A DNA stretch of 64,000 nucleotides from Patescibacteria group bacterium (GCA_038062675.1 JBBTWP010000004.1:6751-70750), one strand, 5' to 3'. Counted from the first letter of the stretch, positions 18,545 to 27,568 are shown. The notes: a model not told the origin generated them from the sequence alone. Numbers and translations are program-made.

Positions 18545-18577
18545 AAAAAAGAGGCCGCGATAAGACGGCCCCTTTGT
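18545..18577. terminator. Hairpin between convergent sufS and the membrane-protein gene
   Basis: A-run, GAGGCCG cgataaga CGGCCCC, then TTTGTGT. Positioned between two convergent stops. Confidence 0.5.
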
Positions 18578-18590
18578 GTAGGAAAAGAAG

Positions 18591-18956
18591 TTACCCTTCT
18601 TTTCCTACGACTTCATCCAACATTTTGCTCGCGTGGGGTACAATCGATTTTGCGATTAAGGTAACTATCGCAAAAACCCCAAGAGCAAACAAGAAGAATA
18701 CTGCTATCAACAAGACTCCAATGTTGGTCATTGCCTCGTTCATTATAGTGTTCGCGCTGACCGCTATTGTTGTACCTATTGCAGTTACCATCAGGAGTCT
18801 GAGGGCAAAGGCGATTCCGATGAGTCCACCAATGACGATGAGTCCCCGAATGAGATATTTTTTCATTGTTTCGGGTGACTTTTTCCCTTGAATTATCATA
18901 ACGATGAAAAGTACAAGGATTGCTACAAATGCAGGTAATACCAGAAATTTGTACAT
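18591..18956 (-). CDS. Small membrane protein (121 aa, 3-4 predicted TM segments)
   Basis: Start moved to MYKFLVLPAF (ATG at 18956, AAGGGGA upstream), because the track start at 19010 lies upstream of the consensus promoter's -10 box. Highly hydrophobic. Confidence 0.55.
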   Translation of the reverse strand: MYKFLVLPAFVAILVLFIVMIIQGKKSPETMKKYLIRGLIVIGGLIGIAFALRLLMVTAIGTTIAVSANTIMNEAMTNIGVLLIAVFFLFALGVFAIVTLIAKSIVPHASKMLDEVVGKEG

Positions 18957-19001
18957 GGAGTTTCCCCTTTGTTGGATGTGAATGTGACTTGTCTGGTTAT
19001 A

Positions 19002-19029
19002 ATTATACACGAATTCAAGAACTTGTCAA
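19002..19029 (-). promoter_or_regulatory. Consensus sigma70 promoter (TTGACA - 16 nt - TATAAT) for the 121-aa gene
   Basis: Minus strand reads TTGACAagttcttgaattcgtgTATAAT. The -35 overlaps the plus-strand TTGTCA of the sufU promoter. Confidence 0.65.
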
Positions 19030-19051
19030 GCCCCACAAAATGGGCTATACT
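19023..19051 (+). promoter_or_regulatory. Candidate promoter of sufU-sufC-DUF59 (TTGTCA - 17 nt - TATACT)
   Basis: TTGTCA at 19023-19028, TATACT at 19046-19051, 18 nt upstream of the sufU ATG. Confidence 0.45.
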
Positions 19052-19068
19052 AAAGGATATTTTGAGAT

Positions 19069-19449
19069 ATGAACGAAGAACTCTATAAAGAAAACTTACT
19101 CGACCACAGTGCACATCCGCACAACAAGCGGGTGATTGAAGGCATTTGTCTTGAAGCCGAGGCACGTAATGCGTCCTGTGGTGATCGTGGCGTGCTTCAA
19201 ATTGCGATGGGGGATGATGGGCGCGTATCTGATTCCGCATTTCAGGGTGAAGGGTGCGCCGTCTCTCAGGCGGCGCTCTCAATGCTTACCGACAAACTCA
19301 AAGGTCTGACAGTGTCGGATATGAAGCTCTTGTTGCCCGGCGATATTTATACTATGCTGGGGGTACACATAAGTCCGGCGCGGGTGAATTGTGCGCTTTT
19401 GGGATATGAGGCGCTCCAAAAAATTTTGTTGTCTGTGCCGCAAAAATAA
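19069..19449 (+). CDS. sufU: SUF-system Fe-S assembly protein, SufU/IscU (NifU N-terminal) family
   Basis: LYKENLLDHSAHPHNKR N-terminus and the three conserved Cys (NASCGD, GEGCAVS, a C-terminal C). Confidence 0.85.
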   Translation: MNEELYKENLLDHSAHPHNKRVIEGICLEAEARNASCGDRGVLQIAMGDDGRVSDSAFQGEGCAVSQAALSMLTDKLKGLTVSDMKLLLPGDIYTMLGVHISPARVNCALLGYEALQKILLSVPQK

Positions 19450-19450
19450 C

Positions 19451-20182
19451 ATGTCTCCCATTCTCTCTATTAAAAATTTTACCGTGCGACGTGAGGGTAA
19501 GGTTGTTGTCGACGATGTTTCTTTGGATGTGCGTGCAGGGGAACTTCACATTCTCATGGGGCCTAACGGGTCAGGGAAGTCGACGCTCTTGAATGCACTC
19601 ATGGGGCACCCTGCGTACGAGGTGGTGGGCGGAGAGATGCTTCTTGATGGTGAAGACCTTGCACAGCTTTCGACAGAAAAAAAGGCAGCACGGGGATTAT
19701 TTTTGTCTCCGCAACATGCGCCCAAGGTTGATGGCGTAACCATGCTTGCATTTCTCCACCGTGCGTATCGCATCATTAAAAAAAGCGAAATTTCAGTTCC
19801 TTATTTTTATAATAAACTTACGACAAAAGTGAAAGAGTTTGGGTTTGAGGAGGGGCTTCTAAAACGATTTGTGAATGTTGGATTTTCGGGTGGGGAGAAA
19901 AAACAGGGAGAAATGATTCAACTTCTTGCCCTTGAACCAAGGTTCGCGCTTCTCGACGAGATTGATTCGGGGGTTGATGTAGATTCCTTGAAAAATGTAT
20001 TTGGGACGATTGAAAAACTGCGTGTACAGGGAGTTGGGTTTCTATTGGTGACACATTTGGGTACTGTTCTTGAACATGTAACCCCCGACCGTGTGTCTGT
20101 CATGAGAGATGGAAAAATTGTTCGGACAGGGGACGCTGCCCTCGCGCGCGAGATTTTAACTAAGGGATTTGAAAACATTTAA
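19451..20182 (+). CDS. sufC: Fe-S cluster assembly ATPase SufC
   Basis: Walker A GPNGSGKST, signature FSGGEKKQGEM, Walker B ALLDEIDSGVD. The ATG lies 1 nt after the sufU stop; the track's upstream extension overlaps sufU. Confidence 0.92.
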   Translation: MSPILSIKNFTVRREGKVVVDDVSLDVRAGELHILMGPNGSGKSTLLNALMGHPAYEVVGGEMLLDGEDLAQLSTEKKAARGLFLSPQHAPKVDGVTMLAFLHRAYRIIKKSEISVPYFYNKLTTKVKEFGFEEGLLKRFVNVGFSGGEKKQGEMIQLLALEPRFALLDEIDSGVDVDSLKNVFGTIEKLRVQGVGFLLVTHLGTVLEHVTPDRVSVMRDGKIVRTGDAALAREILTKGFENI

Positions 20183-20184
20183 AT

Positions 20185-20481
20185 ATGAAAAACATTCAAG
20201 AAAAAGATATTATTGAAAAGCTGAAACTCGTGAAAGACCCCGAGATTGGGATTGATGTGTGGACATTGGGACTGATTTACAAAATCACTATCGAGAAAGA
20301 TAGCGTAGAAATCCTGATGACGCTCACGACCCCGTTTTGTCCTTTTGCAGATGAGCTTATGGCTGATATAGAAAAGCAGGTGAGTGCATTCGGGTACGCA
20401 AAAGGTGCGGTGCGGGTGGAGCTGACGTTTGAGCCGGCATGGGAACCGTCGGCGGAGCTTCGGCTCATGATGGGGGTTTAA
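20185..20481 (+). CDS. DUF59/MIP18-family Fe-S assembly protein (SufT-like)
   Basis: VKDPEIGIDVWTLGLIY ... LTTPFCPFADEL is the hallmark DUF59 motif. Last gene of the suf unit. Confidence 0.8.
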   Translation: MKNIQEKDIIEKLKLVKDPEIGIDVWTLGLIYKITIEKDSVEILMTLTTPFCPFADELMADIEKQVSAFGYAKGAVRVELTFEPAWEPSAELRLMMGV

Positions 20482-20523
20482 AAAAACTGCCCGCCTTTTT
20501 TTAAAAAGGCGGGCAGTTTTTTT
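20480..20523. terminator. Bidirectional intrinsic terminator
   Basis: AAAAAACTGCCCGCCTTTTT tt AAAAAGGCGGGCAGTTTTTTT. A perfect long hairpin flanked by an A-run and a T-run, between convergent genes. Confidence 0.85.
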
Positions 20524-20543
20524 AAACGTAATTTCCTAGGGTA

Positions 20544-21281
20544 TTACTTTGCAAGCAATGCGTCAATTTGTGCTTTCACTGCTCCGAATGGTTGTGCCCC
20601 GTCGATAGTGCCCACAACTTTTTTGTCTACGAGGATGAGCGAATGAGGAGTGCCACGTACACCTGCTTTGATTCCGCTCGCAAGTCCTGCTTCAATGATA
20701 GGCTTCATTTCATCACTTGCGAGGCATGCCGTGAATGCTGCTTCGTCGATGCCAATTTCTTGTGCAAGTTTTGGAAGCAGGGACATGTCGAGTCCGTTGT
20801 TGGCGGGAGTTATTTCAAAAATTTTGTTCGTGTACTCCCAGAATTTTGCATTTCCACCAAGTTTTGAAACACACTCAGTTGCTTGCGCTTCTTTGTCTGC
20901 TTTGGAGTGGAACGAAAGCGGGAAGTGGCGATACACCCAAGCTACTTTGCCACTCTCCCCATATTCGCTCATTACTTGGTTCATGCTTTTGTGGAATGTC
21001 TTACAAAAAGGACACTCGAGGTCGGAGTATTCAACGATAACAATTTTTGCATTTGGGTTGCCGAGAATATGGTCTTTGTTGGTGACGGGGTCGAGACTTG
21101 CAGCTTGGTTTCCTGTGGGCGCAGCAAGAACACCTCTGTTGTTGTCACCAAAATAAATTGCCGCCGCAATCGCTATTCCTGCAATGACGATTGCAAAGGG
21201 AATGGCAAGACTTTGCATGAGCGCGGGCTGTGGTTTCGTTGCGACAGTTTGTTCGGTTGGCGTGTTGTTCATTGGTTCCAT
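20544..21281 (-). CDS. Membrane-anchored thioredoxin-fold thiol:disulfide oxidoreductase (DsbA family)
   Basis: N-terminal TM helix, CxxC active site (ECPFCKTFH) and DsbA-like helical insert. Confidence 0.8.
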   Translation of the reverse strand: MEPMNNTPTEQTVATKPQPALMQSLAIPFAIVIAGIAIAAAIYFGDNNRGVLAAPTGNQAASLDPVTNKDHILGNPNAKIVIVEYSDLECPFCKTFHKSMNQVMSEYGESGKVAWVYRHFPLSFHSKADKEAQATECVSKLGGNAKFWEYTNKIFEITPANNGLDMSLLPKLAQEIGIDEAAFTACLASDEMKPIIEAGLASGIKAGVRGTPHSLILVDKKVVGTIDGAQPFGAVKAQIDALLAK

Positions 21282-21394
21282 GAATAATGTAAGTTAACTG
21301 ACGGTGTAATACTCTTTAGTGTACGCTACCTGCAGGAATCAAGCAAGCAGTCTATTCTTTGTGTTTTAGGGTAAATCATGGTTATATTAGGATT

Positions 21395-21967
21395 ATGGAA
21401 ATTAAAAGCGCCGTATTTGTAAAGGGGATTGTCGGGACCGACGATATCATGAAAAAAGAGACCCCGCAGGTGGCGTTTGTTGGGCGATCGAATGTGGGCA
21501 AATCGAGCGTTATCAACTCCCTTCTTCCCAAAAAGAATCTCGTAAAGTCGAGTTCGATGCCTGGCAAAACCAAAGAAATCAACTTTTTCCTTATTAATGA
21601 AAATCGCTTTTTTGTCGATTTGCCCGGTTATGGTTTTGCGCGCATGAGCTCAAAGGGCGCCGAAAAACTCCGGAAACTTATCCTATGGTATCTCGTAAAG
21701 GGGCGGTCGCGGCTGTCGCTTGTGGTGCTTATTGTAGATGCTTCTATTGAGCCCATGCCGTATGATGAAGAAATGGTGGGTATTTTGCGCAACGAACAAA
21801 TCCCTTTTGTGATTGTGGCAAACAAAGTTGACCGCCTCAACCAATCCACCCGCGCGAAAAGTCTAAGAGCTCTAGAGTCCGTTTTTGCTACACCTATTCT
21901 TCCCTATTCCGCAAAAACAAAAGAAGGCCGTGACGAACTTTTTGCCGAGGTGTTCGCAGAGGAATAA
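21395..21967 (+). CDS. engB: Ribosome-biogenesis GTPase EngB/YsxC
   Basis: G1 GRSNVGKSS, G3 DLPGYG, G4 NKVD. Start placed at MEIKSAVFVKG. Confidence 0.88.
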   Translation: MEIKSAVFVKGIVGTDDIMKKETPQVAFVGRSNVGKSSVINSLLPKKNLVKSSSMPGKTKEINFFLINENRFFVDLPGYGFARMSSKGAEKLRKLILWYLVKGRSRLSLVVLIVDASIEPMPYDEEMVGILRNEQIPFVIVANKVDRLNQSTRAKSLRALESVFATPILPYSAKTKEGRDELFAEVFAEE

Positions 21968-22016
21968 GGAGCTGTATTTTTTGTCGAAGTTGTGTCGGTG
22001 TGGTACACTGAAACAA

Positions 22017-22949
22017 ATGCATACATCTCGGGTTATTGTGGTGGGAGTGGTGTTGGTTGGAGCGACTTTGCTTGCGGTGTGGTATGGTGGGTGGTCAAGT
22101 AGTGAGAAACCAATTGCCGAAGAGGGGAAGTTGTCCGTGATGACGAGTTTTTATCCGTTGGCATATCTTGCGCAAGCGATTGGCGGAGGTATGGTTTCGG
22201 TTACCAATATGACGCCTCCTGGTTCTGAACCACACGATTTTGAACCGTCTCCTCGGCACATGATTTTGATGGGGAAAGCAAAACTTTTTATGTATAATGG
22301 TGCGGATTTTGAGCCATGGGTTATGAAGTGGCGCGCTGGGGCATTTGAACACCCAGAAAGAATTCTTGATATGGCGGCGACACTCAAGGGTCGTGGAGTA
22401 AGTTTGCTAGAAAAACAGGGCTCTGTAGATCCGCATGTCTGGCTTGATCCGCTGGTAATGATTAAAGAGGCGGAGATTGTGCGCGATTCTTTCTCCCTGC
22501 TCGATCCAGCACAGACTGATTATTATACAGAAAATGCAGTACGGGTGATTGATCTCCTTACCAACCTTGACCGTGCGTTTCGGGCCGGACTTGGTGTGTG
22601 CGAGCAAAATGACATCGTTGTGTCACACGAAGCATTCGAGTACCTTGCCCGTGCATACGGCATTCACGTAACTTCAATTGCAGGCATTTCTCCTGACGAG
22701 GAACCTTCACCAAAAGAACTTGCGCGTATTGTTGCTTTGGTTCGGGCAAAAGGAGTCAAATATGTCTTTTTTGAAACAACAGCAAGTCCAAAGCTTTCAG
22801 AAGTTCTTGCTCGAGAGATTGGGGGAGAGACGCTCGTTCTGAACCCACTTGAAAGTCTTACCCCTCATGAGTTACAATCAGGGGAAGATTATGTTTCATT
22901 AATGATGATGAATCTAAATAATTTACGCAAAGCTCTTGTATGTCAATAA
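22017..22949 (+). CDS. znuA: Metal ABC transporter substrate-binding protein (ZnuA/TroA family)
   Basis: N-terminal TM/signal anchor (MHTSRVIVVGVVLVG), EPHDFEPSP and DPHVWLDP metal-ligand motifs. Start at 22017; the track's extension overlaps engB. Confidence 0.85.
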   Translation: MHTSRVIVVGVVLVGATLLAVWYGGWSSSEKPIAEEGKLSVMTSFYPLAYLAQAIGGGMVSVTNMTPPGSEPHDFEPSPRHMILMGKAKLFMYNGADFEPWVMKWRAGAFEHPERILDMAATLKGRGVSLLEKQGSVDPHVWLDPLVMIKEAEIVRDSFSLLDPAQTDYYTENAVRVIDLLTNLDRAFRAGLGVCEQNDIVVSHEAFEYLARAYGIHVTSIAGISPDEEPSPKELARIVALVRAKGVKYVFFETTASPKLSEVLAREIGGETLVLNPLESLTPHELQSGEDYVSLMMMNLNNLRKALVCQ

Positions 22950-23704
22950 ATCAACCACAACCCTACATCGAACTCAATAATGTGGGTTTTACATACGGGG
23001 GCGTACCTGCTCTCGAGGGGGTAAGTTTTGTCGTAAATAAAGGTGATTACCTCGGAATTATTGGACCAAACGGCGGAGGAAAAACAACACTCATTCGCAT
23101 TATTTTGGGGCTCTTGCACCCAACTTCTGGGCGCGTCGCACTTTTTGGTAAGGACCACCATGATTTTAAAGAGAAGTATCGTATTGGTTATGTGCCCCAG
23201 CGTGTTACCCAGACGGATAAAAATTTTCCCGCGACTGTTTTTGAGGTGGTACAAAGTGGGCGCATTCCTCGACTCGGATTTTTCCGTGGGTTTACCAAGA
23301 AAGACCGCGAGGTGGTAGAACGTGTCATGGAACTCTCAGGGATTGCAAAATACAATAATACATTGGTTGGCAATCTTTCGGGAGGAGAGCGTCAACGGGT
23401 GTTTATTGCGCGCGCACTTGCGAGTGAGCCTGACGTACTTATTCTCGATGAGCCAACGGTAGGGGTTGATATTGGAGCACAAAAAAAGTTTTATGAATTT
23501 TTAGGCTCACTCAATCGTGACCAGCATCTAACGATTGTTTTTGTTTCTCATGACGTAGATGCTGTAGCAGGAGAGATTAAGACTGTGCTGTGTTTGAATC
23601 ATAGTATGGTTTGTCATGGTGTGCCACAAATACTGCTTACCGAAGACACCTTAAAACGTCTCTATGGTGATCATGTAACTAACATTACTCACGAACATGC
23701 TTGA
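22940..23704 (+). CDS. znuC: Metal (zinc-type) ABC transporter ATP-binding protein
   Basis: Walker A GPNGGGKTT, signature LSGGERQRVFIARAL, Walker B LILDEPT. 10-nt overlap with the upstream gene. Confidence 0.88.
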   Translation: MSINQPQPYIELNNVGFTYGGVPALEGVSFVVNKGDYLGIIGPNGGGKTTLIRIILGLLHPTSGRVALFGKDHHDFKEKYRIGYVPQRVTQTDKNFPATVFEVVQSGRIPRLGFFRGFTKKDREVVERVMELSGIAKYNNTLVGNLSGGERQRVFIARALASEPDVLILDEPTVGVDIGAQKKFYEFLGSLNRDQHLTIVFVSHDVDAVAGEIKTVLCLNHSMVCHGVPQILLTEDTLKRLYGDHVTNITHEHA

Positions 23705-24497
23705 AATTTTCCAATACGATTTTATGGTGCGCGCGCTCGGGGCAGGCCTTGCCGTGGGTGTTGTCGCCCCCCTTATCGGCATGTTTTTGGTGGTTCGACG
23801 CTATTCCCTTATGGCTGATACTCTTGCGCATGTTTCGCTTGCAGGAGTGGCGGTGGGGCTTTTGCTCGCCATTAACCCTATTTTTTCAGCAATCGTTTTT
23901 TCACTTGCTGCGGCGCTTGGCATCGAGAGCTTGCGTAATTCTCGACGGTTGTTTGGAGAGGCAATCCTCGCCTTGTTTCTTTCAGGCTCTCTTGCGGTTG
24001 CGGTTATTATTTTGTCGTTCGCGAAAGGGTTTAATGCAAACTTATTCAGCTATTTATTTGGAAGCATATCAACAGTTTCCTTGAGCGATTTGTTTATTAC
24101 TATAGGGCTTGCAGTGGTTGTGTTTTTTGCGACAGTACTTTTGTATAAGGAGATGTTTTTTGTAGCATTTGACGAAGAACTTGCTCAAGCTAACGGACTT
24201 CCGGTGAAGTGGATTAATATTGCGATGGTTATGCTTGCGGCTGTGGCGATTGCGCTCTCGATTCGTATTGTAGGAGTGCTTTTGATTGGAGCGCTTATGG
24301 TGATTCCGGTTATTTCAGCAATGCAATATAGTCGTGGATTTCGTACGACGCTTATCTTGTCGGTTATTTTTTCACTTACTTCAGTAATTGCGGGTTTATT
24401 TGCCTCTTTTTATCTTGACTTGGCATCAGGTGGGGCCATTGTGGTTGTCGCTCTTATGCTCTTTCTTGTGAGTTTGGTGATTACAAAAAAGTCATAG
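23697..24497 (+). CDS. znuB: Metal (zinc-type) ABC transporter permease
   Basis: ABC-3 family permease of about 8 TM segments (FMVRALGAGL ... LMADTLAHVSLAGVA). Overlaps znuC by 8 nt. Confidence 0.88.
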   Translation: MLEIFQYDFMVRALGAGLAVGVVAPLIGMFLVVRRYSLMADTLAHVSLAGVAVGLLLAINPIFSAIVFSLAAALGIESLRNSRRLFGEAILALFLSGSLAVAVIILSFAKGFNANLFSYLFGSISTVSLSDLFITIGLAVVVFFATVLLYKEMFFVAFDEELAQANGLPVKWINIAMVMLAAVAIALSIRIVGVLLIGALMVIPVISAMQYSRGFRTTLILSVIFSLTSVIAGLFASFYLDLASGGAIVVVALMLFLVSLVITKKS

Positions 24498-24561
24498 AAA
24501 CTACTCGCCACATGCGGGTTTCTAACATAGGGGGAGATTGTGGTAAGTACTTAATGATAAA

Positions 24562-24592
24562 GCGCCCGTTTCGACAAAGTCGAAACGGGCGC
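24562..24592. terminator. 14-bp perfect hairpin between convergent transcription units
   Basis: GCGCCCGTTTCGAC aaa GTCGAAACGGGCGC. On the minus strand it is followed by TTTATCATT. Lies 24 nt downstream of the 57-aa ORF stop. Confidence 0.6.
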
Positions 24593-24615
24593 TCGGTCCT
24601 GTCGTCAGCTCTTAT

Positions 24616-24789
24616 TTAGAGCCGTACGTCAGGCATGGGGACATAATGTTCGCCACCACGGGATGTTTCTAGGTGGTCGTCGGTAGGAGGGGGAGGGACT
24701 GATACGTTGCTTTCTTCTTGAAGATTTCGAGGCATTTCTTTTGCTTTACGCAATTTTTTTGTGCACTGGGGTATCGATTGTTTTGCCAT
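24616..24789 (-). CDS. Candidate small protein (57 aa; below the ORF-track cutoff)
   Basis: Hand-translated as MAKQSIPQCTKKLRKAKEMPRNLQEESNVSVPPPPTDDHLETSRGGEHYVPMPDVRL. AAGGAAGTG lies 6 nt upstream of the ATG at 24789. It has its own promoter (24884-24911) and the hairpin at 24562-24592 downstream. Confidence 0.35.
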   Translation of the reverse strand: MAKQSIPQCTKKLRKAKEMPRNLQEESNVSVPPPPTDDHLETSRGGEHYVPMPDVRL

Positions 24790-24883
24790 AGTTCACTTCC
24801 TTTTTTAAAGAACGCTGAATGAAGGAGTTTTCCTCCTTCCCCACCTTTTTGCGCCTTATTGTAGGAGCTGGAAAGGAAGTTAC

Positions 24884-24911
24884 ATTATAGCATGTTTGTA
24901 GGGAAAAGCAA
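24884..24911 (-). promoter_or_regulatory. Promoter (TTGCTT - 16 nt - TGcTATAAT) upstream of the 57-aa ORF
   Basis: Minus strand reads CTTGCTTttccctacaaacaTGcTATAATg. Confidence 0.5.
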
Positions 24912-24953
24912 GTTTCTGCACCCCTGAGTTCAATAGTCAATTGCAACAAATAT

Positions 24954-25538
24954 TTACTTCCCGCCAATAAATATTTCGATATCCGTTAGGGTTGTTTCTG
25001 TGCTTGTTGCGATGCGAGCACCAGGGTAGGTTTTTGAGACTATTTCAAGCACAAGTTTTGCTGCTGTCATTGCGCTTTCTTTTGCAAGGATGCTGGTGCT
25101 GGTGCGTTTATTTTTTGCGTTACTTGTGGTGACGGTGGTAAATCCAGCTGCCTGAAGTTTTTTTGCAAGGGTTCCGGCAATTCCAGTTTTGCTGGTGCCG
25201 TTCATTATAGAAATAGTCGCAGCGAAATTTATTTCCCCTACACTTGTTGGGGCGACTGCCTCGATTGGCTCTGGTTGTTTTGATGCGTCGGGCGGAATGC
25301 CTAGTTTTTTTGCAACGAGAGAATATTGCGTGATATTAAGCGCAGACGTGCCAGAATCATCCTCAATGGTAAATACTTTGTTTATGTTTGAAGAAATGAA
25401 TTGTATTGAAAAGAAAAAGAGGACGCCGACGGCAATCAAAAACATGATTGAAATTGACACATATATGAAATCCCGTAGTTTCATTGTTTTCAAAAATGAA
25501 ATAAATTTTTGAGATTGGTTATTTAGGTAATTATTCAT
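24954..25538 (-). CDS. Membrane-anchored LytR_C (LytR cell-envelope-related C-terminal) domain protein
   Basis: One N-terminal TM helix. C-terminal ISIMNGTSKTGIAGTLAKKLQAAGFTTV ... DIEIFIGG fits the LytR_C pattern (VlNGtg.~GlA...L...Gf.v ... divvvlG). Confidence 0.7.
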   Translation of the reverse strand: MNNYLNNQSQKFISFLKTMKLRDFIYVSISIMFLIAVGVLFFFSIQFISSNINKVFTIEDDSGTSALNITQYSLVAKKLGIPPDASKQPEPIEAVAPTSVGEINFAATISIMNGTSKTGIAGTLAKKLQAAGFTTVTTSNAKNKRTSTSILAKESAMTAAKLVLEIVSKTYPGARIATSTETTLTDIEIFIGGK

Positions 25539-25550
25539 GATTTTGTTATG

Positions 25551-26114
25551 TTAGAGTTCGTCCTGCTTTGTGTAAAAGACTGCATGAAAGGAAGTAGTTC
25601 CGGAATCTTTCCACCCTGAAGCACTTTGTGAAGAAAAAGAAATTCCAATGATCTTGGTGAAGTAGGGGAGGCGCTCAAACTCTTTTAGGTAGGTGATGAG
25701 ATTTGAAACGTTGGCTGGAAAACTGATGTCGTATCCAACGGCCGCAATGGTGAATGGGGCGCCTATGGTTGTGGGTTGGGGGGTGCCGAATCGAAACCCT
25801 TGGACAACACTTGTTTTCAAGGCCAAAGTTTCAAGCGCGTCGGTGAATTCGAGAATGTTTCCCGAAGAAAGAAAAGCTCTCTCCATAAGGGTGTTGTTTG
25901 TGCCAATAATTTCGGCGTCATGGCGGATAGTTGAGAAAAGTTCAGTGCGTTTTTGAAGAGTATGGGCAAGGTTTCTCGTTTCAAATACTTTTGCGGATGT
26001 TCGTTCGATGGCGCGGGAAAGGAAAAATATTACAATAATGGCGATGACGATTGATACAAATGCAAAGAGCATGTGGCGACCAATAAGGAATAAAAGATTT
26101 TTTGTAGTAAACAT
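25551..26114 (-). CDS. PilO-like type IV pilus alignment-complex protein (tentative)
   Basis: Bitopic: N-terminal TM helix, short coiled segment, C-terminal alpha/beta domain. Sits immediately downstream of the PilM-PilN fusion. Assigned mainly by architecture and position. Confidence 0.45.
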   Translation of the reverse strand: MFTTKNLLFLIGRHMLFAFVSIVIAIIVIFFLSRAIERTSAKVFETRNLAHTLQKRTELFSTIRHDAEIIGTNNTLMERAFLSSGNILEFTDALETLALKTSVVQGFRFGTPQPTTIGAPFTIAAVGYDISFPANVSNLITYLKEFERLPYFTKIIGISFSSQSASGWKDSGTTSFHAVFYTKQDEL

Positions 26115-26122
26115 AATCTTAT

Positions 26123-27568
26123 TTATTTATAGTATACCGCACTTGGGTCTTTGAGGCGAAATGCGACAGAGAATGGGATATTAGTTTTTTGTTCCAAGTT
26201 GGTGAGAGGGAGTTCAACGTCGGCAAACATGGGCGATGCCTGAAGTGACTTCTTGAAGCGATTAAGGCTGTCACGGTTGCCGGATACTCCAACGACGGAC
26301 ATTTTGTCACCGACCGTCCCTGTTGAAAAGGTTGAAATTATAATATTTTCGGTTACCCTTGAGAGAACTTCTTCAATGACACCGCTCCAGACTGGCGTTT
26401 CTTTTAAGATTGCTTCACCTGCTTGAGTCATTCCATTTGTGTGGGTGATCATGGCTTCTTTTTGAATAAGTTCCGGTGGAACAGAATAGGAAGACAATGT
26501 GCTTATGGTTTTTACTGCATTCTGAGAAAGAAAGAGTACAAACAAATATGCACCAAGGTATGCCACCATGAAAAAAATAGAGACGCCAATGGTGATGTTT
26601 CGAAATAGAACCATAAAAATTGACGCTTTCTGGTAAGCGTAAGCCTCTTCGGTTCCTACAGGGAGGAGGCTAATGAGGTTGTCGCGCCCTTCGGGGATTT
26701 GTCCGCGAATGAGGGCGCCAAGTGGGATAAGCCATTTTGCCTTTGGGGCTGTAAGGGCGGGATGTTCTGCGTAGTCGTCGCGAATATGAGCCTCCATAAT
26801 GGCTTGCTCAATAATAGGTGTTTTTGAGTCGGACTCAAGGAAGCTTTTTATGTTTCGTACTTCACGAGCAACACGCTCTTCTGGTACGGAAGCTAGGGGG
26901 AGTGTTCGGGCAAAACGAAGTGAACCATTTTTGACGCTAAAAACTGTTGTTCCATCGGGAAATTTTTCAGTAAGGAGCGTCGTTTGGTTTGGGGGGAGTT
27001 TGATTGAGCGGGCGATACTGGCAAGGTGAGACTCTAGTGCCACCATTTTCCATCCAGCCTTATCGAGAGCCTCTACATAACCTTGAGCAACGGTGCGATC
27101 GATGGTTGAAAGAAGAATCTCGTTTGTTCCGTGAGTATCAAAAACGCGCTCCCAGTCGAGGTAGGCACTCTCTGTTTTTATGGGGAGTTGCAAGCTTATG
27201 GCAAGACGCATTGCTTCTGGTATGCGTGTGTCACCAACGCTTTTTGGAAACGAAAAGATACGAGAATAGATTTTGTTGTCGGGAATAGAGACAATTGCAT
27301 AATTGGTGTCAATTTTTATCTTTGTTCGGAGTAGCTGGAGTGTTTTTGCGAGAAGGTCTTTGTCTATGACTACTCCGTCCGCAATAATATTTGAAGGGAT
27401 GGGTTCCTCTACGAGTATGAGCTCGTCGTGCGGCGCGAGGTTCTTTTCTTTGTTTTTTTTATGGGAGAGCTTTTTAGGGGCGCGAAAGAAAGCAATGCGG
27501 ATGAGGGAGTCGCTAATTTCGATTCCAACAACATTTTTTTTCTGCGTAAGTAAATTTAATATGTTCAT
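26123..27568 (-). CDS. pilM: Type IV pilus assembly protein, PilM (actin-like ATPase fold) fused to a PilN-like TM + periplasmic domain
   Basis: N-terminal VVGIEISDSLIRIAFF ... and overall length fit PilM. A TM helix (ITIGVSIFFMVAYLGAYLFVLFL) follows, then a PilN-like C-terminal domain. Start placed at MNILNLL. Confidence 0.7.
   Translation of the reverse strand: MNILNLLTQKKNVVGIEISDSLIRIAFFRAPKKLSHKKNKEKNLAPHDELILVEEPIPSNIIADGVVIDKDLLAKTLQLLRTKIKIDTNYAIVSIPDNKIYSRIFSFPKSVGDTRIPEAMRLAISLQLPIKTESAYLDWERVFDTHGTNEILLSTIDRTVAQGYVEALDKAGWKMVALESHLASIARSIKLPPNQTTLLTEKFPDGTTVFSVKNGSLRFARTLPLASVPEERVAREVRNIKSFLESDSKTPIIEQAIMEAHIRDDYAEHPALTAPKAKWLIPLGALIRGQIPEGRDNLISLLPVGTEEAYAYQKASIFMVLFRNITIGVSIFFMVAYLGAYLFVLFLSQNAVKTISTLSSYSVPPELIQKEAMITHTNGMTQAGEAILKETPVWSGVIEEVLSRVTENIIISTFSTGTVGDKMSVVGVSGNRDSLNRFKKSLQASPMFADVELPLTNLEQKTNIPFSVAFRLKDPSAVYYK

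Noticed and set aside
24746-24967. 73-aa minus-strand ORF listed in the track.
   Set aside because: It overlaps the 3' end of the LytR_C gene and runs through the predicted promoter. The different-frame 57-aa ORF (24616-24789), with an SD and terminator, explains the region better.
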